Assembly: GCF_009914755.1 (NCBI RefSeq)
Contig: NC_060940.1
Strand: one strand, 5' to 3'
Length of the DNA stretch: 64,000 bases
DNA from: the human T2T-CHM13v2.0 reference genome, Homo sapiens
Every line of letters starts with the position of its first letter. Within the stretch, counting starts at the first letter, position 1. Of the stretch, positions 47,366-62,094 are shown piece after piece. The notes beneath the pieces were generated by a model. The model did not search any database. It saw only the letters and a program-made list of their open reading frames with translations, and was not told the origin of the DNA. The translations under genes and the position numbers were made by a program.

Positions 47366-48044
47366 TTAATAGATTTTAGTGAAAGCAAAATAAAAGGTCC
47401 TATCATTGTCCTTAAGGAGCTTACGAAAACAGAGCTATACGCACATCCGTAGACAGTTACCACACTCAGGAATAGTGGAAAACTGACAAGACCCTGGAGA
47501 TGCTGTGTGGGGAGGGATAATGGGAACGCAGGTCAGCATGCTCTAGGAATGGTAAGAGAAACTCCCAATCTGAACGGTAGTCAAAGAAGGTCTTCTTCTC
47601 TTTGGAGACTGAAAGGCTGAGAGGGTACCTGCCCTGCTAAGGAAATGAACAGGACGGAAGAATGATGGAGGGAGAATGGGAAGTCCTCAGCACATAAAAG
47701 TTTGAGCTGGAAATGAAATATACAACTCTGCATAGTCAGCAGATTTTGCTGGGCTGGGCCAGTTCAGCTCAGCAAGGATTGCTGGGCATGTGCTTGAAGG
47801 AGAAAGGTGAGGATACAAAGGCAATGAGTACATGATCCTTGACCTTGAGAAACCTATAGTCTAATAGAGGAGGCACATATAAAAGTAATTAGGTAAAATA
47901 TAGTGCAGAATATGCAGTCATGGAGTCATCTACAGATCTGCCTGGAATACAGAGGGACAAGTGTTTAGTATTTTCCAACTGTTCACAGAGGACAAGACAC
48001 TTGGGCAGAAGTTTGAAGGCAATTCCAGGTTAGCAGTACCCACT

Positions 48045-48412
48045 TGATATGGTTTAGCTGTGTCTCCACCCAAGTCTCATCTTGAACTTTAGCTCCCATA
48101 ATCCCCACGCCACATGGGAGGGATTTGAATCGTGGGAGGTAATTGGATCATGGGGGTGGGTCTTTCCCATGCTGTTGTTATGATAGTGAATAAGTCCCAT
48201 GAGATCTGATGGTTTTATAAAGGGCAGTTCCCCTGCACAAACTCTCTTGCCTGCTGCCATTTAAGACATGTGTTTGCTCCACATTGGCCTTCTGCCGTGA
48301 TTGTGAGACTTTCCCAGCCATGTGGAACTGTGAGTCCGTTAAACCTCTTTCCTTTATAAATTACTCAGTCTCAGGTATGTCTTTATTAGCAGCATGAGAA
48401 CAAACTAATACA
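48045..48412 (+). mobile_element. THE1C/D (MaLR) solo LTR
   Basis: tgatatggtttagctgtgtc...ctaataca; perfect 5-bp TSD ccact. Confidence 0.94.
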
Positions 48413-49425
48413 CCACTTGAATTGCTGGTACGTCTGAGGGGCTTGACTCCCAGTCCTTCGAACATGGAGGGGTAGCCCTTTTTCTAAGCTCCTCATAAAG
48501 TATTGTATCCAATTCTTCAGAAGGGATGAAGGTATCTGGTCCTGTCCGCAAACAGAGAAGTGCTTCTTATACTGACCAGGCAGTGACCTAATGCAGTCCT
48601 TGAGACAATTCCAGGTGCCCCTCAGGCCGTTTTTCCACCCTGGTGTTTTTCTTTGTATAGACAGCCTATGCCTGGATAAGAACATGCTGCGTCAGACAGT
48701 TCTTTTTCACTTTGCCCCTCAAAATGTGCACACCGACAGCCACAGATAGATCCCAGATGTCTTTTTCCTGCTCTTGCAAACCTTGAAGTGGGCCCTGCCG
48801 GCAGGCACACCTGCCAAGGAAAATGCTGTCCTCGAAATGTTCCTGGCACCGTTTTCAAGAGGTGCCGACCAAGCGCTGGAATTGCTGACCTCCCTGAAAG
48901 AGAAGCCTGCAGCTGCGGCCTCTGGGGTGAATTCCCCCCATGGGAGGACCTGGTGGAGTTAAAACAGACTATATCCACATCACAGAGAGCTGGCCCATTG
49001 CTCAGGGCCTGGGAAGTGGTAGGGAGGGACCTTCCCAGAAGAGAGATGACTCAGGCTGGTCCCAAGCCCCTCCTGTAGAACAAACAGACAAGGTGAGGAG
49101 CAAGGAGGCATTTGGAGGTCATCTGGCCCAGCACCCTTGTCTGGAAGACAGATTTAAGTTCCATAAAGTCACTTAGGAGGAGAACATAGTCCAGGTTGAA
49201 CCTTGCTGCCTGCCCTCTGGTTGAAACATCAGTGTTGAATCAATAGACCACGTCCTGTCCATACCTTGGGAATTAGACTCACCCAGACTCTGAGTTAAGA
49301 GTTTCTATGAGACAGAGGGCTGGACTGGGGGAGCAAGGCTTGCAAATCGAAAGCATCAGTTGCTACCCCTGAGCACCATCTCCCATAGGAGACTCTTTGA
49401 ACACTTTTTTAAAAGGCAAGATGTT

Positions 49426-49728
49426 GGCCTGGCGTGGTGGCTCACGCCTGTAATCCCAGCACTTTGGCAGGCCAAGGCGGGTGGATCACCTAAGGTCAGG
49501 AGTTCGAGACCAGCCTGACCAACTTGGCAAAACCCAGTGTCTACTAAAAATACAAAAATTAGCTGGGCATGGTGTCACATGCATGTAGTCCCAGCTACTC
49601 AGGAGGCTGAGGCAGGAGAACTGCTCGAACCCAGGAGGCTGAGGTTATGTTGAGCCAAGATTGTGCCACTGTACTCTGGCCTGGGCAACAGAGGGAGACT
49701 CCGTCTCAAGAAACAAACAAACAAAAAA
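49426..49728 (+). mobile_element. AluSx SINE
   Basis: Full dimer; TSD aaag(g/t)caagatgtt. Confidence 0.95.
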
Positions 49729-49827
49729 AGTCAAGATGTTGACATAACAGTTCTGAAGACCAAGGTGGTGGAATAGGTTAGGTTAGGATACGTCGGAGGA
49801 GCCAGTGTGAACTGCTCCTTTAAGACA

Positions 49828-50166
49828 TGAATTAGCCCATTTTCATGCTGCTGATAAAGACATACCCGAGACTGGGCAATTTACAAAAGAAAGAAGTTTA
49901 TTGGACTTACAGTTCCATGTGGCTGGGGAGGCCTCACAATTACGGGGGCAGACAAGAGAGGAGAGCTTGTGTAGGGAAACTCCTGTTTTTTAAAACTATC
50001 TGATCTCGTGAGACTTATTCACTATCACGAGAACAGCATGGGAAAATCCTGCACCCATAATTCAATTACCTCCCACCAGCTTCCTCCCACGACATTTGGG
50101 AATTGTGGGAGTTACAAGTTGCAATTCAACATGAGATTTGGGTGGGGACACAGCTAAACCATATCA
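49828..50166 (-). mobile_element. THE1A/B (MaLR) solo LTR with a short internal deletion
   Basis: tgaattagcc...gggcaatttacaaaagaaag...accatatca; near-TSD a(g/a)aca. Confidence 0.92.
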
Positions 50167-50178
50167 AAACATAACTAT

Positions 50179-50827
<649 letters not shown>

Positions 50828-51086
50828 TTACAGAGAACATGATTAGAAGCTAGCATCTGTTTTTACCCTACCCTCTTCCCCTATGACCCACCACCACGCA
50901 GGCCTTGCTAATGTGGGGTCTTTGTGGAGGATCTTCAGGATCTTCAGTGCCAGAACCCAGCATTTAAACTCTTATTTGACAGTGGGGCCACAGCAGATTT
51001 AAAAGGACAATGACATGATAAAAAATGTGTTCCTGAGAGATTTAAATGCAGGCCTATAGAGAGCAGATGTTAAAAGAGAAGAAGCA

Positions 51087-52203
51087 GACTGGGCATGGTG
51101 GCTCGCATCTATAATCGCAGCACTTTGGGAGGCCAAGGCGGGTGCATCACTTGAGCCCAGGAGTTTGAGACCAGCCTGAGCAACATGGTGAAACCCCATC
51201 TCTACAAAGAATACAAACATTAGACACTTTTCAAAAGAAGACATTTATGCAGCCAACAGACACATGAAAAAATGCTCATCATCACTGGCCCTCAGAGACA
51301 TGCAAATCAAAACCACAATGAGATACCATCTCACACCAGTTAGAATGGTGATCATTAAAAAGTCAGGAAAAAACAGGTCCTGGAGAGGATGTAGAGAAAT
51401 AGGAACACTTTTACACTGTTGGTGGGACTGTAAACCAGTTCAACCATTGTGGAAGACATTGTGGCGATTCCTCAAGGATCTAGAACTAGAAATACCATTT
51501 GACCCAGCCATCCCATTACTGGGTATATACCCAAAGGATTATATATCATGCTGCTATAAAGACACATGCACATGTATGTTTATTGCGGCACTATTCACAA
51601 TAGCAAAGACTTGGAACCAACTCAGATGTTCATCAATGATAGACTGGATTAAGAAAATGTGGCACATATACACCATGGAATACTACACAGCCATAAAAAA
51701 AGGATGAGTTCATGTCTCTTGTAGGGACATGGATGAAGCTGGAAACCATCATTCTCAGCAAACTATCACAAGGACAAAAAAACCAAACACTGCATGTTCT
51801 CACTAATAGGTGGGAATTGAACAATGAGAACACTTGGACACAGGAAGGGGAACATCACACACCGGGGCCTGTCGTGGGCTGGGGGGAGGGGAGAAGGATA
51901 GCATTAGGAGATATATCTAATGTAAATGACGAGTTAATGGGTGCAGCACACCGACATGGCACATGTATACTTATGTAACAAAGCTGCACATTGTGCACAT
52001 GTACCCTAGAACTTAAAGTATAAAAAAAAAAATTAGCTGGGCGTGATGGCACCTGCCTGTACCCCAGCTACTTGGGAGGCTGAAGTGGGAGGATCACTTC
52101 AGCTCAGGTGGTAGAGGCTGCAGTGAGCTCACATCACACCACTGCACTTCGGCCTGGGTGACAGAGTGAGACCCTGTCTCAAAATAAAATAAAATAAAAT
52201 AAG
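51087..52203 (+). mobile_element. AluJ split at its A-rich linker by an L1PA
   Basis: Left arm 51087-51223; right arm 52033-52203. Confidence 0.88.
51222..52032 (+). mobile_element. 5'-truncated L1PA (L1PA4/5-like): ORF2 C-terminus plus 3' UTR
   Basis: ORF 51264-51707 is the L1 ORF2 C-terminus (MKKCSSSL...[18 protein letters not shown]...[14 protein letters not shown]), frameshifted before the METIILSKL tail; G-rich 3' UTR and A tail. Confidence 0.96.
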
Positions 52204-53717
52204 CAGCAGCAGCAGCAGCTAGGTTCCAAAAAAAAAGTTGGAAGGGTGTGATGGGATTTTAGTTGCTGGATGCTGAAGTTCTGCCAACACAGTGGGTTTG
52301 GAGAGTAGGAGTGAAAGAGTGGAGACTGGCCATAAGTTGGGAGGGTAAGTAATTGGTTGTGATTGAAAGGAAAGAAGGAGGTAATGATGAGTTTTGGTCT
52401 GGGAACCGGAGAATGGTGGTCCATGGACAGAAATAGAGAAGGCAAGATGAGAAGATGCAATAGGCAAAGGCAGTGAGTTTAATGGTTGACTTTTGGTATT
52501 TGCTGTGTATGCCCTCTGTACCTTTGACCTGGGCCTTCAACCCTTGGACAGAGCTTAAGATGGCTGCGTCCCAAGTGGTCCATCCCAAGCGAGTTTTCCC
52601 TGGACTTATCTGGAATGACTCTGAACCTTTTGAAGACCCCAAAACTAACCCAAGCTTTGCATGATCTCCCCAGGATGGGTAAGACTTCTTACTCTCTAGA
52701 GCTCTTTTCTCTGTAGGCTTAGCTACTCAGTGAATAAATAGGTACATAAGTGCTTGCTAGCAAGCAGCTGAGGCAACCTATTAAAACTCATGCCAGTGGT
52801 AAAGTTAAGCTGCTTTCTGGTAAGAATTTCAGAATTCCAGGACGTCTCAAATTTCTGGCTGGTACACCCTGGGCAAGGTCCACAGGCTGGATGGGTTTTG
52901 GAACATGTCTTGATTGTACTTTTTCCTCTTGGTTTGGAAAGCAACGTACCCTAGGTAAGGAGAGATTTCTGACAACAGCTCAGCAATCACAGTTTCCAGA
53001 AAATGGCTCCAGTGGATCAACTATGAGTTAAGTAAAAAAAAAGTCAGTGCTACCGTTTGAAGTATGTCTAGAGTATGGTTTTAATCCATCGCTGTCAGGC
53101 TCACATAAAATTCCAGGCTTCTGTAACTCTTTAACTTGAAGTATTACAGGGTGTCACCTGCTAAATGGAAGCCAAGAGAAGCAAGGAGTTTTTCATGGTT
53201 AAATCTTGTAAAGATGCTTTTTAAAGCATATTAATCCATTAGTAATCCATTTGGATTTGGGAATACGGTCATATACTGTTTGGTACAATATGTACTAAAC
53301 CTGGTCCTGGAAAATTAAGTGGAAATATAGGTTTAAACTACTGGAACTTCAAAATAGCTTCTCAGTAATTCCTTCTCAGCAATCATTCCAATTCCTAGAT
53401 TTAAAAAAATGTTGATATATCAAATTTCCATCAAGAGGAACATACATATGGATTTTTGGAGAGGGGAGCAGAGCAGAAGAGAAAACTTTCAACTTTTAAT
53501 AGTATTTCAAATTTACCTGAAAGTGACCCAAATAATACAAGCAACTGTTTACCCTGATTCTCCAATACACCTGCATCTTTAATTATGCTAATTTGATACA
53601 GGTGTCAGATTATGCATTAACAAAGACATCCTTTTTCTTTGAGTATGTGTTTTCTATGGTTATGTAAATTATGGAGGTGCTAAACATACCTTTAGAGAAC
53701 TTTGTATTTGTATTAAC

Positions 53718-53862
53718 TTTTTTTTTTTTTTTTTTTTTTTTTTAATAGCGATGGGGTTTCACTGTGTTGCCCAGGCTGGTCTCAAACTCCTGAGTTCAAG
53801 TGATCTGCCTTGCTTGGCTTCCCAAAGTGCTGCGATTACAGGCATCTGCCACCGTGCCCAGC
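53718..53862 (-). mobile_element. Alu left monomer (FLAM_C-like)
   Basis: Poly-T followed by a single left arm. Confidence 0.88.
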
Positions 53863-53870
53863 TATAGAGC

Positions 53871-54250
<380 letters not shown>

Positions 54251-54869
54251 TGACTTAGTTCTCAAAGTCCTTGCCTAAGGTATTGCTGTCCTCACCGTCC
54301 TATGGGGAGATAGGTCACTTTCCCAAGTCTGGGCAGCCAGCAGCAGGGCTAAGATCACCACTCAGACCCTGTGATTTTATTTTTCATCTCCTCACATCTG
54401 GCGCTGAATGTCAGGACCTTCCTGGCCTCTGGGAAAGACACAGGATGGCTGTTTTGAGAGGAGTGTGAAATACATGAAGGCAGGACTTCCACACACCTGG
54501 ACGTGAACTAGAGGTGAGGTGGGGAAAGACAGGAAGTAGATCAGTGTTGCCCAGACCCTACCTTTTCCAACTAGGGTGTGGACCATCCTTCAGAGCTTGG
54601 CCTCCAAGTTGGAACCCGTGTATACCACTGACAGTGTTTCCTGGGATGGTGATATTTATCAAGTGCAGAGGCCCAGACACAGAGAGCTTGAGGACCTTTG
54701 TGTGAGACAGTGAAACCCTCAAAGGCAAGGGCTCTGTTTCATGAGTTTTCTATCTCCTGCTGCTGTCTCGGTGGGCCTGTTTGAGTTGACCTGTCCCGTC
54801 GGTATTAGCAACTGGCAACAGTGGGTTTTTGTTAAATACGGCAAATATTAAGAGTCGTCTCTGGGCATT

Positions 54870-55250
54870 TTAGTTTATTCATTCATTTGTTCATTTATTC
54901 CACAGGGATTTATTATGCATTTACTGTGTACTAACTAATGGGGAGATAGCAATGAAGGCAGACTAAGTGTCTTTGTTCTAGTGCAGCCATATAGTCAGTG
55001 AATGAATGAGTGAGCAAGATACAGGAGAGAAGTGAGGTATGGCCCATTATACCAGATAAAGTGATAGAGAGGGGCTGGCGAGGAGAGCAGTCTAATTTCA
55101 GGAAAGTCAGAAAAGTCTTTAAGGAAACTGAAGGCTGAGCTGCCAGGGCCAGCCACGTGGGTACTGGAGAGTGGGAGGCCCAGTCAGGGGGAATGCTGGC
55201 TTAGCACAACTGAAAAATACAAAGGTAGAATATGAAGTGTAATGACATGG
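54870..55250 (-). mobile_element. L2 LINE 3' fragment
   Basis: 'ttcattcatttgttcatttattc...tttattatgcatttactgtgt' and 'gtcagaaaagtctttaagga...ggctgagc'. Confidence 0.7.
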
Positions 55251-56559
55251 TTTAGATTGAAATCTGATGTGGATGGAAAGGTTTTGTGGCCTTTCAGCCC
55301 AAGGTTTGAAAAAGAAATGGAATTTCTAAATGGAGTGGGTAGCCACAGGAGGGCTTTAGACAGGACAGTGGCCCCGCTGGATTTTCTGCCCATTGACTTG
55401 GGCTCGAAGTCACGTCCATGTTGCTATTACAGATGCCTCCCAGAACAGTTTATATAATCATCAACGTATATTCATGGAGCATCTTCTGTCTGCTAGACAC
55501 AGAATTGGGTGTTGGGCTTTAAAGATGGATGAAAGGCAGTACCTGGTCTAGAGAGGCTGCTACCTGGATGGTGTGTTTGCCATCCTCAGTAATGTGTGTC
55601 CCTTACAGATGATGCCCAATGACTCTACAATTGCTGGGATACTTTTTAGAATTTTCTTTTTGTGCATTACTTTTGATTCTTGGTTCTTTCTTTGGCATTA
55701 GCTCACCAGTGGCAAATATGTATCCTTTAAGGGTGGACTTAATTTTTTGAGAAATGGCCAAAAGTTTGTTTCAAGTCTAGTCTGATGAATAAAGCAGGAG
55801 ATTTATTTTTGGCAAAAGTGGCAAATAAAGAGGGCTGATTTTTGTATATGGCTACTGAAATGGCTTAGAATGCCATTTTATCACATGGTCAAATTATTCA
55901 ATGATCAAATATCGAATTATTAAAAATTATCAAAAGGAAGTTCCCTGAAACATGAAAGTGTTTGGGCTTTGTAGGTACCCAAGTCTACTGGGAAAAATCC
56001 CCATTTCTGGGTAACCCAGCCCCTTTTAATGACAACTTCAGTTCTCCAAATTCCACTTCCCCTTTTAGCCTGCCTCCCTTCCGTCATCCTTCATCAAGGT
56101 GACATAGGTCTGGCGATCTTTTTGGCATAGACGTGTGGACGTTGTTTTTGACATTTGTACATGCTTTTGCTCAAGTTGAAGGCCCAAGTTTACCCAATTC
56201 GACTGCCCCCACCCAGATAGAATATTCATGGTTAGACCATAAACTACATAACTGGAAATTTTAAATCTATTTTTATATGCATACAAAAACTGCAGGCCTG
56301 AAGCTTCTAAAAATAAACGTTACTTTCATCCCATTATACAAAAATGCATTTGAGGTGGTCATCATTTTATTTGGGCCAGGGTCTTCCGAGACTTGGGACA
56401 ATAATATATTTTTTCTACTTTAGGCAAATGTATGCAGATTCTTAAAGCATGAATGCTGTATTACACACATTATAAATTCGAGTAACAGAAATGTTTGTGT
56501 GTAGAAATAGAATACGGAGTATATATTTTGTATTAAATAACCTCTGTGGTATTTGTTTA

Positions 56560-58400
56560 CCCTGATTTTTTGATTTATGAGTCGTCATTGCTCGCTATAG
56601 AAGAAGAAAAATAAATATGCAAAACAGTGGTAGATTTTTAATGGGGTTACTTCCCATCTTAGCTCAGTGTTTCTCTACCAAAGCTGACCTTGAAATTGCT
56701 TTTTAGATACAAGTCAAAATATGCAAATTCCAGAATCAGGAGGAGTATCCGGTGTTAGGAGTTCTTTCGAAGTCACATTTTTACATCATTTCCATCGACA
56801 TCCCGTGTTCCATCTGCTTCTTAATCCATTAGTACCTGAGTGGGGGTATATAGGTTTTCTCAAATGCTCTAATCTCCACAGAAGTTAAAATATCCCTAAA
56901 CAGGCATGTGCACATATGTCTTTCTTTCTTTTCTTAGGTTAACTTTTTTTTTTTTTTTCCTTTTGAATGACCACAAAGCATATCTACCCAGCGGGGTTAC
57001 TTTTTTTTTCCCTTTCAGTATTCATGACGTCAAGTCCCTGTTTGTTATCTTATTGTCCTCTTATCCTGGTCCTTAGAGTCTTTCAAGAGAAGAGGTTGAT
57101 CCCGGTGTAATGTACAGCTTCATTCTAATAAGTTGTATCGATCATGTATTTTCAGTCACTCTTCATGTCTATGCTGTCCATTTGCTTGGATCCCAAGGAA
57201 TTTTCTTCTGCCCCCCCACCCCATCCCACTCATATTTCATAAGGGTCTTCTGGAACCTGCATGGTGTTGGGATGTATATATCACTTTTCCCTTGTTATGA
57301 CCAGAAAGACTCACAGCCATGAATTTCACTGAAGTTTATGATTGGTCCCTGATTGCCTCACATCTTGCAAAGAATCCTCTTCTAGAAAGCGTTCTTGCAG
57401 TTAGATTAACAAGCAGATATACTGAACTGGTGCATGAATGAATAGGAAATATCCCAGTTGCAAAGGATAAATCTATCATGTAGTGGAGAGCGTGTTCAGG
57501 CAAAACATTTGGTTCTGCGGTCGCTTGGAGGATTGGGCCCGTGCTATAATTAATGCCACTAGCAGTAAAAGGACATTAGGGATGTCGCGCATGTTGATTA
57601 TTTCTTCATTTTGTTTATCCAAGTTTCCCCGCCTTGGAAGCTCCGTGGCCATTGCCAAAGAAAGCCCTGGAGACAGAGCGTTAGCCGTTGCTCCTCGTAA
57701 GCGCATCATTACCTTCCTCCGAACAAAGTCCTTTTTTTTTTTTTGTCAGTAGAGGGTGAAAACATTATTGGATTCAGGAGTTCATAGTAGTCCTGTATGA
57801 AGCTGGGGACGGGGGGATAGAGTTATGAAATGGACCATTTCAAATGGCATTATCTTCCCACAGTGAGGTACACCTTTCATAAATCATAGGAGAGTGCTCA
57901 GAAAATAGAGCATTTGTTATTCCTGCAGTACATTGTATTTGCATCCCCCCTACTCACAGGAAAGAAGAAATTCTCAGGTTTCCTTTCCCAGGTTTGAAAA
58001 GGCAGTTAATCGCCTTACAATGAAATTATATTTTTAAAAAAGGTATCATAATCAAATAAAAGAAGTACTTCATGTAAGTCAAGGATTGTGCTTTTACTAC
58101 TATTTTTTCTTTTTTTGTAATCATGGTGGTTCTTTTTGCCCACTTATTTAGGCCTTAATTTAATTACGGCGCTGATTAAGTTCTTTGGTTTTATTTTTTA
58201 CTGTAAACATTGTGCTGTATTCCGTAGGAAAATGTAGATGAATGTGGGTCATTGGGAAATAAAGTGGGTGGAAGTATTGGCGAGCATTTCTTTCCCACTC
58301 TCTACCTCGCCTGGTCTAGCCGCTGATAGGTAGTTACTCTTTAGTATGCCCAAGTTCAAATTACGTATGACTGTGATTCTAACACGGAAGCGCCCTCCTT
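56560..58400. promoter_or_regulatory. Putative enhancer block (repeat-poor, motif-dense)
   Basis: Octamer ATGCAAAT at 56721, CRE TGACGTCA at 57025-57032, P3 TAATTTAATTA at 58156-58166, elevated CpG; function is inferred only. Confidence 0.4.
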
Positions 58401-59414
58401 TTCTAGTAGCTTGGATGTGATTGGTATGGAGAAGCAGAGTGGGTGCGTCTTTGTGTGTTCTTGACATAGTTAAAGAGTTTGGTATAGTCAATTCCCTTTA
58501 AAGTAGTAGGCTTCTTAAATAATTCTAGTTGTTCCTCGTGCTGCCAAGCCATCTTGAAGAATTTTTCTTCATTTGTAAGGGGTTAAAAGTCATCAAGCTG
58601 ATTGAAAAGTCAAGAACCTCTAGCGCAGCCTACCCCTTGCATATTTGATACTCTCTTTTGCACTCTCGGGAGCAGTTTTGAGGACACACTGTAAAAATGT
58701 ATGACAGCAGTTTGAAGATAAGTCTGTTGCCCCAAATAATCATAAGAAGAAGACAGAAGAAAAATTGATTCCCGTAGCTCTCTGGGCAGTGGGATGGGGG
58801 TAAAGCAAGGAATTAATAAAAACCCACCAGAATACATTATTTCAGACAATCAAGGAGAGCGTTACATTTTAAAGGTACTTCATCTCAGAAAGTTTGAGAC
58901 ATACTTTTCACACGTGGCATGAAGAGAAAATGGAATGGAATGAGCACTAATGAGGACCTTGAACTTAACTAACTGAACTTGATGGTCATCGCAAGACATA
59001 GGGGAGAAATATTTTGAGACATCATTGTGCAGGCAAACATGAGCAAGAAATTGAGAAATCCGTTCATGCACTTCTCTCTGGTTTCCCGGAAGGGATGAAT
59101 TCCAAATCCCGTGGCTCAGGTCCTAGGTCAAAGACAGCTCTTTAGAAAGAGATGTTCTTTGCTTCTTTGCTGACTGCCCATCCCCTCCTCTCTCTCAAGG
59201 AAATAAGATATTCATTTGCAAGTAAATAATGCAGCAGTCTTGGATTTGTATCAGATCAACTTTGAATGAAAGCCTGCCTTTCTGCGTTTATTTTTGCTTA
59301 TCTCTCCTGCTTCTGCTTCCTGTTTTGTTAAATAAGGGCAATGACGGCAACTATTTTAAATTGCTATAAAGTTTTAGCTAGACAGCGAATCAAGGTGGCA
59401 ACACATGGTGGGTT

Positions 59415-59635
59415 CTTAAATAATAGTTGTCATTTGAGTGCTTTCTATATGATGTACATTTCATTTTGCACTTTACAAATAACCTCTTCCTTTTTCTGTT
59501 TAATCTTAAAAAAGATCCCGGGAGGCAGGCGTTATTGTGCCCATTTCCTGGATAAGGAGAATGAGGTACGCTAAACGAGTAAAAAGCAACCCGAGATCCA
59601 AACCCTTTGGCATTCAAGATTACACTCTTATTCAC
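59415..59635 (-). mobile_element. MIR SINE
   Basis: 'catttgagtgctttctatatg...ttattgtgcccatttcctggataaggagaatgagg'. Confidence 0.7.
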
Positions 59636-60469
59636 TAACTGTTCATCTCCTCCGACTGCATCGCCACTCCCCCAGGCCAGATAACCCATCCAGACCTGGA
59701 GAACTCCTAGAGGGAGAAACAGGGAGGACCCAGGCACATAAACTTGCAGAGCAGCTGAGTTATCAGATCTTCCAAGCCATGGGGTTATCGAGCTTTATCA
59801 GAGCAGCCTTGCTCTTGCAGTTTCTGACACATCACCATTGATCAGTCCTGGGAAACAAACAAAATAGAGGGCGATGGCTCCACTCTGTGTGGCCCCGTCA
59901 ATGGCCTGGACGCAGCTGAAAAAATCCAGAAGAGTGTAGGACACTGGAAAAGTAGCAGGGTGTGCGATTGCAGGGATGGGACCAGCAGTAAAAGGTAGCC
60001 CTGCCAAGACCATTAAGCTTCCTGCAACTCCTTCTGGATCCCACAATTTGAAGGGGAAATCTTTCCCACCGCACATCACTGTTTGGTGGACTAAATGGCT
60101 CCCCGATGTCCCGAAAGAGCACAGCTTCTGGAAGTGTGGTATGTGGTCCCTGAGATGAAGCAGCAGCCACAGGAACCCATCATTCCTGCTACCCAAGGCC
60201 TCCATTGCCTGGTTTTCTGTTGTCAGAAGAGTTCATTTTCAGGTCCTTCACCAGATATTTTAGAAGCTCATCAAGGAAAGGACGTTTGAAGAAAAACAAA
60301 TAAACAAAAACACAAAATCAAGGACGTATTGATTTCTGAGAATTCCTCCTGGGTTTTGTTTGTTTGTTTGTTTGGGGGTTTTTTGCTGTGGTATTGTCTG
60401 AGCCTATGATAAGATTGTTGTTGATTGATTTTTGTCTTTCAAGACTCAGCACAACACATCCCATCCTTC

Positions 60470-60680
60470 TGGATAATCTCTTCTACCCTCCCTTTCCAGA
60501 TAAAAGTTGACTCTCATAATTGTAACTCTCCCCTACTTTATCAGCATCTACATCTTTCAGCCTCTACCACATTGAATTGGAATTATATGTCTGTTTTATG
60601 TACCATGCTGTGAACTCCTTGAAGATAGGAGCTGTCTTATCTTCAAGGTGCTCAAGACACGTTTGTTGCATCAGTTGAAT
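60470..60680 (+). mobile_element. L2 LINE 3' end
   Basis: 'ctgtgaactccttgaagataggagctgtcttat...ggtgctcaagacacgtttgttg'. Confidence 0.7.
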
Positions 60681-61165
60681 GGAGTCAAATTATAAACAGG
60701 TGATGGGGGCAAATATCACAATATGATACTCTGAACATCTTCTCTGACAAAAACTGGTCCTCAAGATACAACAACATTTATATTTGATTTGTCTTGCTGT
60801 ATCGAATCAAGCTGTGGTCTTGAGTTTCGTACACATCTATGTAAGCACTCTGAATTGAGTGACTCTTTCCCAAAGATCATACTGGGATCTTTGGAATGAA
60901 TGGCGGGTCACCCATCCAATTGCTTTTGCGGAGATTCGAGCATGTGGGGAATGCAAGTCACAATATCCTGCAAAAGCCAACTTGAGACCTCCTAGGACTG
61001 CACTGCTGCTTATGACACTGATCCTTAGCCCATCTAAGTAAGTGAGCATGGCCCTGTAAGTGAAATTGGAGAGGTTCCTTGACATTCCCACATAGCTGCT
61101 TCCCTGGTAATTCACCTGGGTCCAGAACACAGAAGGGAGATTCTAATTGAAAAACTTTTCCTAAA

Positions 61166-61478
61166 GGCCAGGCACAGTGGCTCACACCTGTAATCCCAGC
61201 ACTTTCAGAGGCCGAGGCAGGGAGATCACTTGAGATCAGGAGTTCAAGACCAGCCTGAGCAACATGGTGAAACCCCATCTCTACAAAAAATATAGAACAT
61301 TAGCTGGGCATGGTGGCGTACACCTGTAGTCGCAGGTACTTGGGAGGCTGAGGTAAGGGGATTGCTGGAGCCTGGGATATCAAGGCTACAGTGAGCCGAG
61401 ACCGCACCTCTGGAGTCCACCCTGGGTGACAGAGTGACACCCTGTGTCAAAAAAAGAAAAAGAAAAAGAAAGAAAAAG
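61166..61478 (+). mobile_element. AluJ SINE
   Basis: Full dimer with J-type right arm. Confidence 0.94.
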
Positions 61479-62094
61479 CTTTGCCTGTATATGTAGAACA
61501 AATGAAAACCAAATAACAGTGGCACCAGTTCTTCTTTCAGTTTCCATGGAATATCAAGCACGATTTGAGTTGAGCAATTTGATTTGATTGATCTTCTTAA
61601 ATGTATAATCTCAAACTTTACAATAAGAAGGCTACTTGTCTTTATAATTGTGAAATCCACCCTTAGTTTTAATGCATCTAAAGTCTCTGTATCAAAAAGA
61701 TCAAAATCAGGTTTGAAAGTCTGTACTGTAACTAAAAAAGTTTTGGGGTTTGTTTTGTTTTGACCAATTTTTGTAAATCTCTTCTGTTACTGTTTATATA
61801 CCCGGCCACTTCTGCCAAAATATGCTGGCCTTTTAGTCTTTTGGTTTTTTCTCTCTTTTGGTTTGTTGGCTTATGTTCGCTGCTTGATCTGACTACTGGT
61901 TTTATTTCTAAGGATTTTTTTTTAAGTTGGCGTCTTTTTTTCTTTGACTTTCCTTGTATGCCCCCCTTTCTCCCCTGCATTGTCTTGCTTCATTCATTTC
62001 TTTCCAGGTTCCTGCAAATTGTTTTTATTTAGGGCTCATCTGGTATGTGTATTATGTTCTTGGTAGACAGAAGCTGTCTTTAGTTCGTATGGGT

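Noticed and set aside
51264-51707. 147-aa ORF with strong protein homology
   Set aside because: C-terminal remnant of L1 ORF2 in a 5'-truncated copy; first Cys of the CCHC motif changed to Ser and frameshifted at the end; not a functional CDS
52202-52219. (CAG)n run as a polyQ or expansion locus
   Set aside because: Only about 6 units, at an Alu tail and non-coding
59798-60289. Cluster of overlapping ORFs (up to 135 aa) in GC-richer unique DNA
   Set aside because: No homology, no codon-like pattern, and ORFs on both strands, consistent with chance
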